A stretch of DNA of 63,694 nt, filler included, from Octopus bimaculoides (GCF_001194135.2; 7 parts of 5 records of this genome joined end to end with filler, not necessarily neighbours in it); one strand, 5' to 3'; positions 1 through 10,033 are shown, counted from the whole stretch's first letter. Notes: generated from the letters alone by a model not told the origin. Translations and numbers: made by a program.

Positions 1-4
1 CCTA

Positions 5-1269
5 CAGGGTGCGTAAGATATTTCAGAACAGATTTATGTTTATAAAAAAAAGCAGATATACGATAACAGATAATAACTTTATTTTCTAAAAAAAAATGCT
101 ATGAGGATAAAAGTAAACCATCGTTTCTATAATGTTACTCAATATAGCCACCTTCAGCTTCAACAAGTGCTTCTATATGAGATCTAAATCCTCTACATGC
201 TGGAATCAAGTGGTCCTGCTTCATTTTGGACATTACTCTGACTATGGCAGCTTTCAAAGAATCTTTGGTGTTGTGGGCGTGTTCATTGACTTCTCTCTCA
301 ACAACGCTCCACATGCAATAGTCGAATGGATTGAGATCTGGGGAATTAGGAGGCCAAATGTTAGGGGTTATGTGATCATGAAAATTTTCAACCATCCATT
401 CCTGTGTTACTAGAGCCACGTGTGATAGTGCAGAGTCTTACTGAAACACATATGGTCTTCCATTGTATACATTGTCTATCCAGGGTTTAACAATTATTTT
501 CGGGACCTTAATGTAGGCGGCAGAGTTAACTCTAAGGCCTTATGGAAAGAAGTAAAGAGGTATCATATGTCCTTCATTGCTGACAATCTTAAAAACCATG
601 AAAGTTGCAGGAAATTTTGCATGCATAACACTTGGAACTTTAGAAGGGTCTGCACATAACCATCTGTCATTTATTCAGTTAACATTTTGGTCTTGGTTGA
701 AGTTTTTCTCGTTTGAGAGAAACCAAACCAAATCTTCTTCTGCTGGATATTTCAGTTTGTTTAAAAAGCCTTTTAGATCTGATGTAGTGATTTTCTTTTG
801 CTTTTTCTGACAAATTGATCTTTCCTCATCATATAAGACTTATATCTGATGTCTTTGTGGACAGCATTTCTGACTGTTCCTTCTAACACATGGAGATATT
901 TTGCAATTGACTTTGACTTTCTGGGATTGTAATCAATGGTCTGTTGAACTTGCTGGATAAATTCAGATCTTCTGATGATTTCAGAGCATTCAGAACGCTT
1001 TTTATGCTTTGATACTGGTAATACGTTTCCATCTTCAGTCTCTAGCTCCTTGCAAACTTTGTAGATGAACCATTGGGCAACTTTTAAAAATTGAGATATT
1101 TCTAAATCGCTATGTTCAGCCTGTATAACCACAATAACAGCATGCCTCTTCATTTCTTGAGTAAGCTGAGGGTCTGCCATTATTTTCTGAAACAAAGATT
1201 AGACAGAATTAGTAAAAAATGCAGCAATGACCCGAAAAAGGTATGGCCTCAAATACCTTATGCACCCTG
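5..1269 (-). mobile_element. Full-length, decayed Tc1/mariner-superfamily DNA transposon, DD37D (maT/mori-type)
   Basis: TA at 3-4 and 1270-1271 flank imperfect ~27-bp TIRs (CAGGGTGCGTAAGATATTTCAG vs reverse complement of the right end CAGGGTGCATAAGGTATTTGAG). Minus-strand transposase pieces: N-terminal HTH-like region (ORF 773-1195) and catalytic region FQ*DSALSHVALVTQEW...WPPNSPDLNPFDY with 37 residues between the last two Asp. Contains stops and frameshifts. Confidence 0.9.
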
Positions 1270-1339
1270 TATATATCTATCTATCTATATAATTATATGT
1301 ATGTATGTTTATATATGTACATGTGTGTGTGTCGTATTT

Positions 1340-1485
1340 ATGTTTGTTCCCAACCATCACTTGACAACAAGTGTTAGTTTGTTTACTTCTCCATAACTTA
1401 GTGGTTTGGTGAAAGAGACTGGTAAAATAAGCACTAGACTTAAAAATTTGTTTGTATCAACCCTTCAAGGTGGTTCTCTACCACC
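1340..1485 (+). mobile_element. SINE family A, degenerate 3' body fragment
   Basis: Matches the post-microsatellite body of copies at 7988-8405 and 41701-42098 (CTTGACAAC..TGTT(A/G)GT..TTT..., AAAGAGAC..(T)A(G/A)AATAAG(C/T)ACTAG). Confidence 0.6.
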
Positions 1486-1489
1486 TTGT

Positions 1490-3290
1490 TGGACCTATTT
1501 GGTGTAAGAATGTTGCCTTGCTTTACTCACCTTCAATAAGAAACTACTCAGGTAAATTACCATTAAAGTACACTCTAGCTTTCATGTTGTCATGCAGAGA
1601 TTGTATCAGCTCTATAAACTTGTTCAGACAACCAAACTTCTGTAACACATTCCCCAGTATTGATGTGTTAACTGAGTCAAATCCCTTGGTAAGATCAATA
1701 AAGCAATGATACAAGCTAAGGTACTGCTCGCTACACTTTTCCAGAATTTGTCATGCAGAAAATATCATGTCATTAGTTCTGCTTTGTGCTTTAAAACCAC
1801 ATTGCACTTCTGGAAGATTATTTATCATTGTGGAAAGCAATCTGTTCAACAAAACTCTTGCAATGTTATTGAGGGCAGTGAGATGGCATGAAAATTTCTG
1901 CATTCAGATTTCTCACCCATCTTAAAACAGAGATACAAAGATCGTGTCACTTGAGTTTTGAGGTGTTGATGAGTCCCATACATGAGAAATAACCTTGTAC
2001 ATCATACACTTCAGCTTATCTCCCCCACATTTCAGTACCTCTGCCAGTATTCCATCCATGTCTAGTGATTTCCCATTATTCATTCATGCTCCCACTCTTT
2101 GACTTCTTCCTGATTTGTGGCTTCATTTAAACATTCCTTTAATGGCAGCTACTCACTGTCATCTAGTACAGATTCATCATTCTCTGTTATCCTGTCCAAT
2201 AGCTCACTGTAATGTTCCCTCCATCTAATCTGTATTTTATTTGGCTGCTTCAAGATCTTATGACATTTCTGTGATACATGATCCCTATTGATCGGTTTCC
2301 TTTTTTCTTTCTTTCCACGATCCCTTTTGATTGAAATTCTACCCCCCACTTTTTTTCCTTCCCAAAAAGAAAAGCTCTATTTTGTATTTTGTCTCCTCTG
2401 TGTTCAGCCCTGTGTGGCCAATAAAGAAACATATCCTTAGTCTTAACGGCAGCAAAAAATGACTTTTGTGGACCATAGACTTCTTTCAGAAGTCGATACA
2501 TTGTCTTAGAATCTCTAGCATCTGATATGTTTTGAAGGGCTTGAGCTTTTTCTTCCCCTCAGGCATTCATGATGCCACTCAAACATGTTTGAACTCCACC
2601 CTTCATCTTCCTTAATACTGCCACTGCTTTATCCTTATCGATTGAGGATAAATTTGGAAGAAGTATCCTTTCAAGTAGTATTGGTTTTTCCTCCAGCAGG
2701 TTGAAAAGCTCCATATCATTCTCGTCTAACCTGTCTTGATACTCCCATTTTCTAATGCCCAGAGTTTCCTTTGACGTGTTTTGTCTTTTCCTTGAAATCC
2801 TCCCACATACTAACTTGGTTTAAATGTCCAAGGTCATCAATGACTGATATCAACAAATTTTGAGTTTCTTTTGAATGGTGTTTTCCCACATCAAGCATTT
2901 TGCATGTAACTGCTTTGTGCTGAAACTTAGGGAGTATCTTAAGCCCAAGCTGGGTTCTGGCTGCTTGATGACCAGTCCAGCATTCAGCAACCCTTATAAC
3001 TTTCACTGGTTTCATATCCTGCAGATCATGCTTTCTAGTGATAACAATGTCAATCACATGTAAGTGCTTTAATCATGGGTATTTTTTTGATGAAAAGAAA
3101 GTGTTGCTGATAGTCATGTCATATTCATTGCATAACTGTGGGAGATGTAGTCCATTGCTGTTGGTTTTACCAAGGCCATATTTTCCCAGGCAACACCAAA
3201 TATTATGTTCATCTCCTACTCTAGTATTATAGTCTTTCATTAGAAATATTTTGTCATGAGTACCAAATAACAACTTTCTCAGATCAACAC
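1490..3290 (-). mobile_element. Decayed RTE-clade (BovB-like) LINE fragment: APE endonuclease end, linker and RT N-terminal half
   Basis: Minus-strand translations: DYNTRVG..LGKYGLGKTNSNGLHL..TISNTFF and MIDIVITRKHDLQD..AECWTGHQ (APE); LLKEVYGPQ and RWREHYSELL (linker); LPEVQCGF..DMIFSA*QILEKC..FIDLTKGFDSV..FGCLNKFIELIQSLHDNMKARV at ~1500-1880 (RT). Many stops and frameshifts. Confidence 0.85.
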
Positions 3291-3340
3291 AGAACAGTAA
3301 TAGAGTAATCTTTCTCAGAATGTATCATTGTGGAAGCATG

Positions 3341-3780
3341 TGTTGTTGGCACTCCGTCGCTTACGACGTTGAGGGTTCCAGTTGATCCGATCAACAGAAC
3401 AGCCTGCTCGTGAAATTAACGTGCAAGTGACTCTGAGCACTCCACAGACACGTGTACCCTCAATGTAGTTCTTGGGGATATTTGGCGTGACACAGTGTGA
3501 CAAGGCTGACCCTTTGAATTACAGACACAACAGAAACAGGAAGTAAGAGTGAGAGAAAGTTGNNNNNNNNNNATTACAGACACAACAGAAACAGGAAGTA
3601 AGAGTGAGAGAAAGTTGTGGTGAAAGAGTACAGCAGGGTTCACCACCATCCCCTGCCGGAGTCTCGTGGCGCTTTGGGTGTTTTCGCTCAATAAACACTA
3701 ACAACGCCTGGTCTGGGAATCGAAACCACGATCTTATGACCGTGAGTCTGCTACCCTAACCACTGGGCCATTGCGCCTCC
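3341..3780 (-). mobile_element. tRNA-derived SINE family C, tail type 1
   Basis: Minus strand begins GGAGGCGCAATGGCCCAGTGGTTAGG (A box) ... GGTTTCGATTCCC (B box), followed by a non-tRNA body and a (CAA)-type end. Contains a 10-N gap with a duplicated overlap. Confidence 0.8.
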
Positions 3781-4060
3781 ACTTGTGGGAGCATATACAC
3801 TGACAATCTGGTGTGTCTTCCTTTATCCAATGATAGTTAAATGCTTATTATTTTATCTAAATGCAGTTCTTTGAGCTTCTCAACTAATTTGGTCATTACA
3901 GAAAATCATACACCATTCTTTCTGTTTTCTCTCTGCTTTTTCTTTCCAAAGGAACGTATAACCTGCTTAGTCTGTATCCCTTTATTATTTCTAAAGGGTT
4001 AAATCTAAAAAGAAATGGAAATTAATTGAGTTACTAACTACAAGTGATTTTATATTTTAT

Positions 4061-4397
4061 CTTTTACTTGTTTCGGTCATTAGACTGTGGCTATGTTGTG
4101 GTACCACCTTGAAGAATTTTCATTCTTTCATTCTGTTTTGCTGAATCACTAAGTTACCAGGACGTAAACATACCAACACCTGTTGTCAAGCAGTGGTGGG
4201 GGCCAAGCACAGGCACAAAGACACACACACACACACAACAGACTTCTTTCAGTTTCCATCTACCGAATCCACTCACAAGGCTTTGGTCAGCCTGCCTGAA
4301 GCTATAGTGCAAAACATTACTCAAGGTGCCATGCAGTGGGACTGAATCTGGAACCATGTGGTCAAAAAGCAAGCTTCTTACAACACTGCCATTCCTG
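4061..4397 (-). mobile_element. tRNA-derived SINE family A
   Basis: Head ..GTTGTAAGAAGCTTGCTT..GGTTCCAGATTCAGTCCCACTG..GGCACCTTGAG, internal (TG)n, and tail ..GAAACAAGTAAAAGA, as in the other family A copies. Confidence 0.85.
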
Positions 4398-4723
4398 TGA
4401 CTGCTTGTATACATTTTTGGATGTTCTGTGTATTTATATGGATAAGTATAAATTAGCTGTGAGCAGATTTGCACACAGTTTCTTCTATTTTCGATTTAAC
4501 TGTTCCATACTGATTGGCTGAGACTTTTGTTTGGTTCTTGTTGCAATACAATAGGTTTTTTTCTCTCTCTTCCTCTAACAGTGGCAGGAGTCTAGATGCA
4601 TTTTGTTTCAATCCACATTTGATGCCTTATTTGTCCCAACTATTTTGATAGCAATGCCGTACATGCTTCTCTTAGGGGATTTTTGGTTTCATTGACAGAA
4701 GATGAATCTCTCTCTTTCACACA

Positions 4724-4754
4724 CACACACACACACATACAGAGAATATGTTTG

Positions 4755-4797
<43 letters not shown>

Positions 4798-5729
4798 ACA
4801 CACACATAAATATATATATATATATATGTACATGTGCCTACACACACAACAATACATACATACAAACAAACATACATAAATATATATATATGTGTGTATC
4901 TATACATATATATAGATATACACATACATACACACATACACACACATACACACACACATATATATATGCATATATGTATAATTATATACATACATATATT
5001 TACATATATAAAATTATATACACACACACACACAAACACACATATATATATATTTACACACACACAGAGAAGCANNNNNNNNNNNNNNNNNNNNNNNNNN
5101 NNNNNNNNNNNNNNNNNNNNNNNNNNNNNNNNNNNNNNNNNNNNNNNNNNNNNNNNNNNNNNNNNNNNNNNNNNNNNNNNNNNNNNNNNNNNNNNNNNNN
5201 NNNNNNNNNNNNNNNNNNNNNNNNNNNNNNNNNNNNNNNNNNNNNNNNNNNNNNNNNNNNNNNNNNNNNNNNNNNNNNNNNNNNNNNNNNNNNNNNNNNN
5301 NNNNNNNNNNNNNNNNNNNNNNNNNNNNNNNNNNNNNNNNNNNNNNNNNNNNNNNNNNNNNNNNNNNNNNNNNNNNNNNNNNNNNNNNNNNNNNNNNNNN
5401 NNNNNNNNNNNNNNNNNNNNNNNNNNNNNNNNNNNNNNNNNNNNNNNNNNNNNNNNNNNNNNNNNNNNNNNNNNNNNNNNNNNNNNNNNNNNNNNNNNNN
5501 NNNNNNNNNNNNNNNNNNNNNNNNNNNNNNNNNNNNNNNNNNNNNNNNNNNNNNNNNNNNNNNNNNNNNNNNNNNNNNNNNNNNNNNNNNNNNNNNNNNN
5601 NNNNNNNNNNNNNNNNNNNNNNNNNNNNNNNNNNNNNNNNNNNNNNNNNNNNNNNNNNNNNNNNNNNNNNNNNNNNNNNNNNNNNNNNNNNNNNNNNNNN
5701 NNNNNNNNNNNNNNNNNNNNNNNNNNNNN

Positions 5730-5760
<31 letters not shown>
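4724..5760. repeat. (CA)n/(TA)n compound microsatellite spanning an N gap (5075-5729)
   Basis: Direct reading of the dinucleotide runs on both sides of the gap. Confidence 0.95.
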
Positions 5761-5763
<3 letters not shown>

Positions 5764-5918
5764 CATGTATATATATACAAAGTCATATTATTACTGTTAT
5801 TTACAGTAATAATAAGGTGGCTAGCAAGTTCAGGCATAATATAATTTTTATGGTAGTTTTTGGAGCAACAGCTCTGGTTTTAGCAAGCGATATTATATAC
5901 CCTACCTTATCTTAAATT

Positions 5919-5949
<31 letters not shown>

Positions 5950-6045
5950 GTATGTGGGTTAAAGACTTGATATTGTAATATTGTAAGGTCCTGATATGTT
6001 CATGTCTTTTTTCTGGATGTTTGCAATATCAGGACTTTAATCCAC

Positions 6046-6049
<4 letters not shown>

Positions 6050-6078
<29 letters not shown>

Positions 6079-6150
6079 TGTATGTATGTATGTATGTATG
6101 TATGTATGTATGCATGTATGCATGTATGTATGTATGTATGTATGTATGTG
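6050..6150. repeat. (TATG)n tetranucleotide microsatellite
   Basis: Direct reading. Similar arrays at ~14125-14170 and ~39165-39500. Confidence 0.95.
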
Positions 6151-6489
6151 TGTGTGTATGTATAGGTGTGTATATTATATATTTATACACACATGCACAC
6201 ATACACATATGTATTTATAGTATGGTACACAGTTGGAGATTATATACAATAGAACAATTGTTGCTTTTTTTTTTTAATTATATGAGGAAGTTATTTTTAA
6301 GATGAATTTGTTGGTATAATAAAATTTTAGAAGATTTCAGTTCTTAGTAAGTCTTTATATATGAGAGTGCTTGTATATGTGTGTGTGTGTGGGGGGGGGA
6401 GGAGGTGAAATGCATGTATGTATTTCTTTGCATATGTACAGTATATATATATATATATGTGTATGTGAGTGAGTATTCATATACATATG

Positions 6490-6875
6490 TACATATACTC
6501 TTTTACTCTTTTACTTGTTTCAGTGATTTGACTGTGGCCATGCTGGAGCACTGCCTTTAGTCGAGCAAATCGACCCTAACTTATTCTTTGTAAGTCTGGT
6601 ACTTATTCTATAAGTTTCTTTTGCCGAACCACTAAGTGACGGGGACATAAACACACCAACATTGGTTGTCAAGTGATGTTGGGGGGACAAACACAAACAC
6701 ACACACGTACACACACACATATATATATATATACATATATACGACGGGCTTCTTTCAGTTTCTGTCTACCAAATCCACTCACAAGGCTTTGGTCGGCCCG
6801 AGGCTATAGTTGAAGACACTTGCCCAAGATGCCACGCAGTGGGACTGAACCCAGAATCATGTGGTTGGTAAGCAA
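6490..6875 (-). mobile_element. SINE family A with truncated head
   Basis: Full family A body and tail on the minus strand. The head breaks off in (TA)n at ~6875. Confidence 0.9.
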
Positions 6876-6890
6876 TATATATATATATAT

Positions 6891-7046
6891 AAAGGCAGTG
6901 CTCCAGCATGTCCACAATCAAATCACTGAAACAAGTAAAAGAGTAAAAGAGTATATGTACATATGTATATGAATACTCACTCACATACACACACATATAT
7001 ATATATATATATACTGTACATATACAAAGAAATACATACATGCATT
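6891..7046. repeat. Inverted copy of 6409-6558 (SINE tail plus unique flank)
   Basis: The reverse complement aligns with 3 substitutions plus microsatellite length differences. It abuts a scaffold join. Confidence 0.9.
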
Positions 7047-7146
7047 NNNNNNNNNNNNNNNNNNNNNNNNNNNNNNNNNNNNNNNNNNNNTTAATTAATT
7101 AANNNNNNNNNNNNNNNNNNNNNNNNNNNNNNNNNNNNNNNNNNNN
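7047..7146. other. Artificial scaffold join (44 N + TTAATTAATTAA + 44 N)
   Basis: Exactly 100 bp with a linker that has stop codons in all six frames. Identical joins at 16692-16791, 37758-37857, 43540-43639, 49951-50050 and 62017-62116. Confidence 0.95.
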
Positions 7147-7990
7147 CCACCAATGTCTGAGGCCTGGCCACATAAGGAAAAACTGCCCTCGGGGCCGAGA
7201 TAAGGCTCCGGAGCAGGGAAAAAAATAATGCAACCGTTTCCCCCCTACCGGAGGGGGAGCCAAAGAAATTCGTGGAGGTGGAAGCCTCCACGAAACGAAA
7301 AAGAAAGGTGAGCAGCAACAGTTGCTCACCAGTAAAGGCTGCGGGAGAAGAGGAGGGCCACTCGGGTGTGCCGATGGAGGCCCCAGCTCCCGCAGAAGAA
7401 AGGAAGAAAAAAAGAAAAAAGAAAAAAAACGGGAGACGGTCGGTGGAAAGTACTATGCCGCCGACCGAACCCGCGACCCTTCCGGTGCGAATTGTGTCAC
7501 CGGAGAAGGAGAAGCTGCCAGCAGGAACGGTGTCGCTGTCAGAAGACTCTTTCTCTGAGGAGGAGGAACTTACCCTCCTGTACATCAGCGGGAGGGAAGT
7601 TGAAAGGCACCTGGATCGTGCATGCGAACGGGAGAGATCCTTTTCTGCAAGATGGCCCCCGCAGGTGGCCGCTGAGGTAGTTACCCGTACCACCATTAAC
7701 AGGATCATGGCCACCTGCAATGAATCGAGTTATTTATACTTTACTAACGAAGTGGATTACAACATGGACTGTTGCCTGATGGCAACATCAGGTATGATGA
7801 TGGAGAATTGTTGATTGTAAATTGATTGTAACCATAGTGAACAAAGGTTTTCGAGGGGTTACCGATCGGTGGGCGTCGTGCCCCTCTCATTTTTCATCTA
7901 TGTCATCCTCATTTTGTCATTAATGTTTCTGTCCAGCCCTAGCTTCTGCTAATCTTTGTAATGCCTAAATGGCAAATTTCATGAAATAAA
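7147..7990 (+). mobile_element. Tx1/L1-like retroelement 3' portion: gag-like ORF1 C-terminus, then a short 3' UTR with no ORF2
   Basis: 7148 onward translates as HQCLRPGHIRKNC, a CX2CX4HX4C knuckle whose first Cys falls in the gap. One extra A in the A7 run (7219-7225) shifts it into the open frame ending at 7814. The 3' end (hairpin + AATAAA at 7962-7990) resembles the Tx1 3' end at 41676-41703. Confidence 0.65.
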
Positions 7991-8134
7991 GAAGCTTGCT
8001 TCTCAACCAGATGAGTCTGTGTCCAGTCCCACTGCGTGGCACCTTGAGCAAGTGTCTTTTACTATAGTTTCGGGCCGACAAAAGCCTTGCGAGTGTATTT
8101 GGCACACGGAAGCTGATAGAATAGAAGCCAGTCG

Positions 8135-8165
<31 letters not shown>

Positions 8166-8405
8166 ATGCATTTGTGTGTGTGTGTGTGTGTTAGCGTATG
8201 TGTTTGCCCCACCACCTTCGCTTGACAACCGATGTTGGTGTGTTTATGTCCTCGTAACTTACCGGTTCGGCAAAAGAGATTGATAGAATAAATACTAGGC
8301 ATACGACGAATAAATTCTGGGTCGATATCTTCGACTAAAAATCTTTAAAGTGGTGTTCCGGCATGACCGCAGTTAAATGGCTAGAACAAGTAAAATAATA
8401 AAAGA
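7988..8405 (+). mobile_element. SINE family A lacking the first ~24 nt of its head
   Basis: Starts AAGAAGCTTGCTTCTCAACC, followed by a typical body, an internal (TA)n(TG)n and the tail AACAAGTAAAATAATAAAAGA. Confidence 0.9.
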
Positions 8406-8469
8406 ATAAAAGTACATATGTATATCTGTATATATATCGTCGTCGTTGTCAGCGGCGGTGTTTTATTGT

Positions 8470-8640
8470 GTCCAATGATTTATTTGGTTTCTTCTTGACT
8501 ACTTCTTCCTCTCTGACTGTTTATGCCTCTGAGGACTAATGAGGCCGATTCTTGCATGGAAGCATCTGTTGCAAAATTCACAAGGGATCTTTGGTTGTTG
8601 CACCCTCCATTTTCTTTCCCTAAATTTACACTTATAAACA
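8470..8640 (-). mobile_element. RTE-clade LINE 3'-terminal fragment
   Basis: Minus strand reads KIPCEFCNRCFHARIGLIS..QRH, the CxxCxRxFxARIGLxSH motif typical of BovB-like RTE C-termini. Confidence 0.55.
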
Positions 8641-8720
8641 ACATCCTCGTTATGAAGTAATGAGTACATTTTTGTTTGAATATGTAACTATTCTCAACTA
8701 TGTGGGTGTTTGTTCCTTTT

Positions 8721-8991
8721 CGAGCCATGCCTAGCACATAAGAGCCGGTTTCCCGGTTTCATTGGCGTATAGGTTCCCCACCTTTACGGCACGCCGGTCC
8801 GTCGCAGGTGAGTTGCTAGATGCAGGAGGAAAGAGTGAGAAAAAGTTGTGGCGAAAGAGTCAACAGAACTTCGCCATTACCTTCTGCCGGTGTTTCACTC
8901 ATAAACACACACATTGCCCGGTCTGAGATTCGTGACCGCGATATCTCGACCGCGAGTCCCCTGCTCTAACCACTAGACAATGTGCTTTCAC
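8721..8991 (-). mobile_element. tRNA-derived SINE family C, tail type 2
   Basis: Same tRNA-like head and central block (CTTTC(A/G)CCACAACTTT(C/T)TCTCACTCTT) as 3341-3780, but a different 3' half (ACCTGCGACGGACCGGCGT..GAAACCGGGAAACCGGC). Confidence 0.75.
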
Positions 8992-9652
8992 ACTGCCAAC
9001 TATGCTCCGCGGAAAAACTTCGGCCCCAGGCCCTATCTGTGGATAATCTGAATAGGAGACAAGAAGCACAAATACAGAATTCAAGGATATTTTATTGTTC
9101 TTTAAATAATAATTTTAAGCCTTAAGCTTTTACGCATATTTTATTGTTTTTTAAATAATAATTATAAGCCTTAAGCCTTTTAAGTGTTCGCCGTGTATAG
9201 ACGATAGAAAACAGTCTAATATTGTGTATTAGAGGACTTATTCTTAAAGCGAGGAATCTACTTTACTGTGCATAATTTTCCCACTTTAAACCTAAACAGT
9301 TTACAAGTCAAAGCACAAATATAATAAAATATTCTGCATTAAATTAAGAGACGGTGAGGAGTGAAAACTCTGTAAATAATAATTATAAACTTTTAGCTTA
9401 TAAGCGTTCACCATGTATTGGCAATAAAAAATAGTCTACCATTCGGGCATAAAGCGCTCGATGGAAAATGGGCATTAGTACACGTCTAATACTGTGTGCA
9501 TGTAAGCATATACATATATGTATATATGGGAATGTATCTACATACATGTATGTATGTATGTAGATTTGTAACCTCCATAGAAAGATTCATATGAAATAGC
9601 CATAGAGAAATATGTATTCCAGAATAATTACAATATCAACATGTAATTACAG

Positions 9653-9747
9653 TATGACCTTTGGTCCTGTGCACTTAATAATCTTGATAGACTTTATAAC
9701 AAGCTGACTGCCCTTTTCATAAGTCGCCTGTCAGGAAGACTGAGGCG
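9653..9747 (+). CDS. Candidate internal coding exon of an unidentified gene
   Basis: TTACAG acceptor (AG at 9651-9652), a 95-nt stop-free frame YDLWSCALNNLDRLYNKLTALFISRLSGRLR, and a GTAGGT donor at 9748. No family recognised. Confidence 0.3.
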
Positions 9748-9995
9748 GTAGGTATTAAGTCAAATGAAATGACATTGATAATGGACGTTTTAATAACTGT
9801 TTCATTTAAGTTTCTTCGAGTAGGGGTCTCTATTCAGTATTGTGTGTTTGTTTTTAGTATTAATTTTTCGGTTATTTTTTCTATCTCATTCACGTTTCTT
9901 TGTCTTGATTTTTTCTGTTTCTTGAGCATCAAATGTCTATTATTAAATGGTCGGAGTTCAGTACTTAAAAGTGAGGTCAATGTGGCGGTAAAAAA

Positions 9996-10033
<38 letters not shown>

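Noticed and set aside
3710-3780. tRNA genes (also the heads at 8925-8991, 29340-29410, 31500-31570)
   Set aside because: A and B boxes are present, but there is no 3' acceptor-stem strand and each continues into a SINE body.
4683-5915. Long ORFs of 220-410 aa in the track (also at 12843-13908, 18776-19561, 32629-33770, 38307-39507, 45219-46106, 60378-61550)
   Set aside because: They read through N gaps and dinucleotide repeats (X, IY, HT, CV runs) and are artefacts.
7091-7102. TTAATTAATTAA recurring six times as a possible regulatory or recombination site
   Set aside because: Always centred in exactly 88 N; it is an assembly linker.
7091-7720. Minus-strand 209-aa ORF
   Set aside because: Antisense shadow of the plus-strand zinc-knuckle ORF, and it extends into N.
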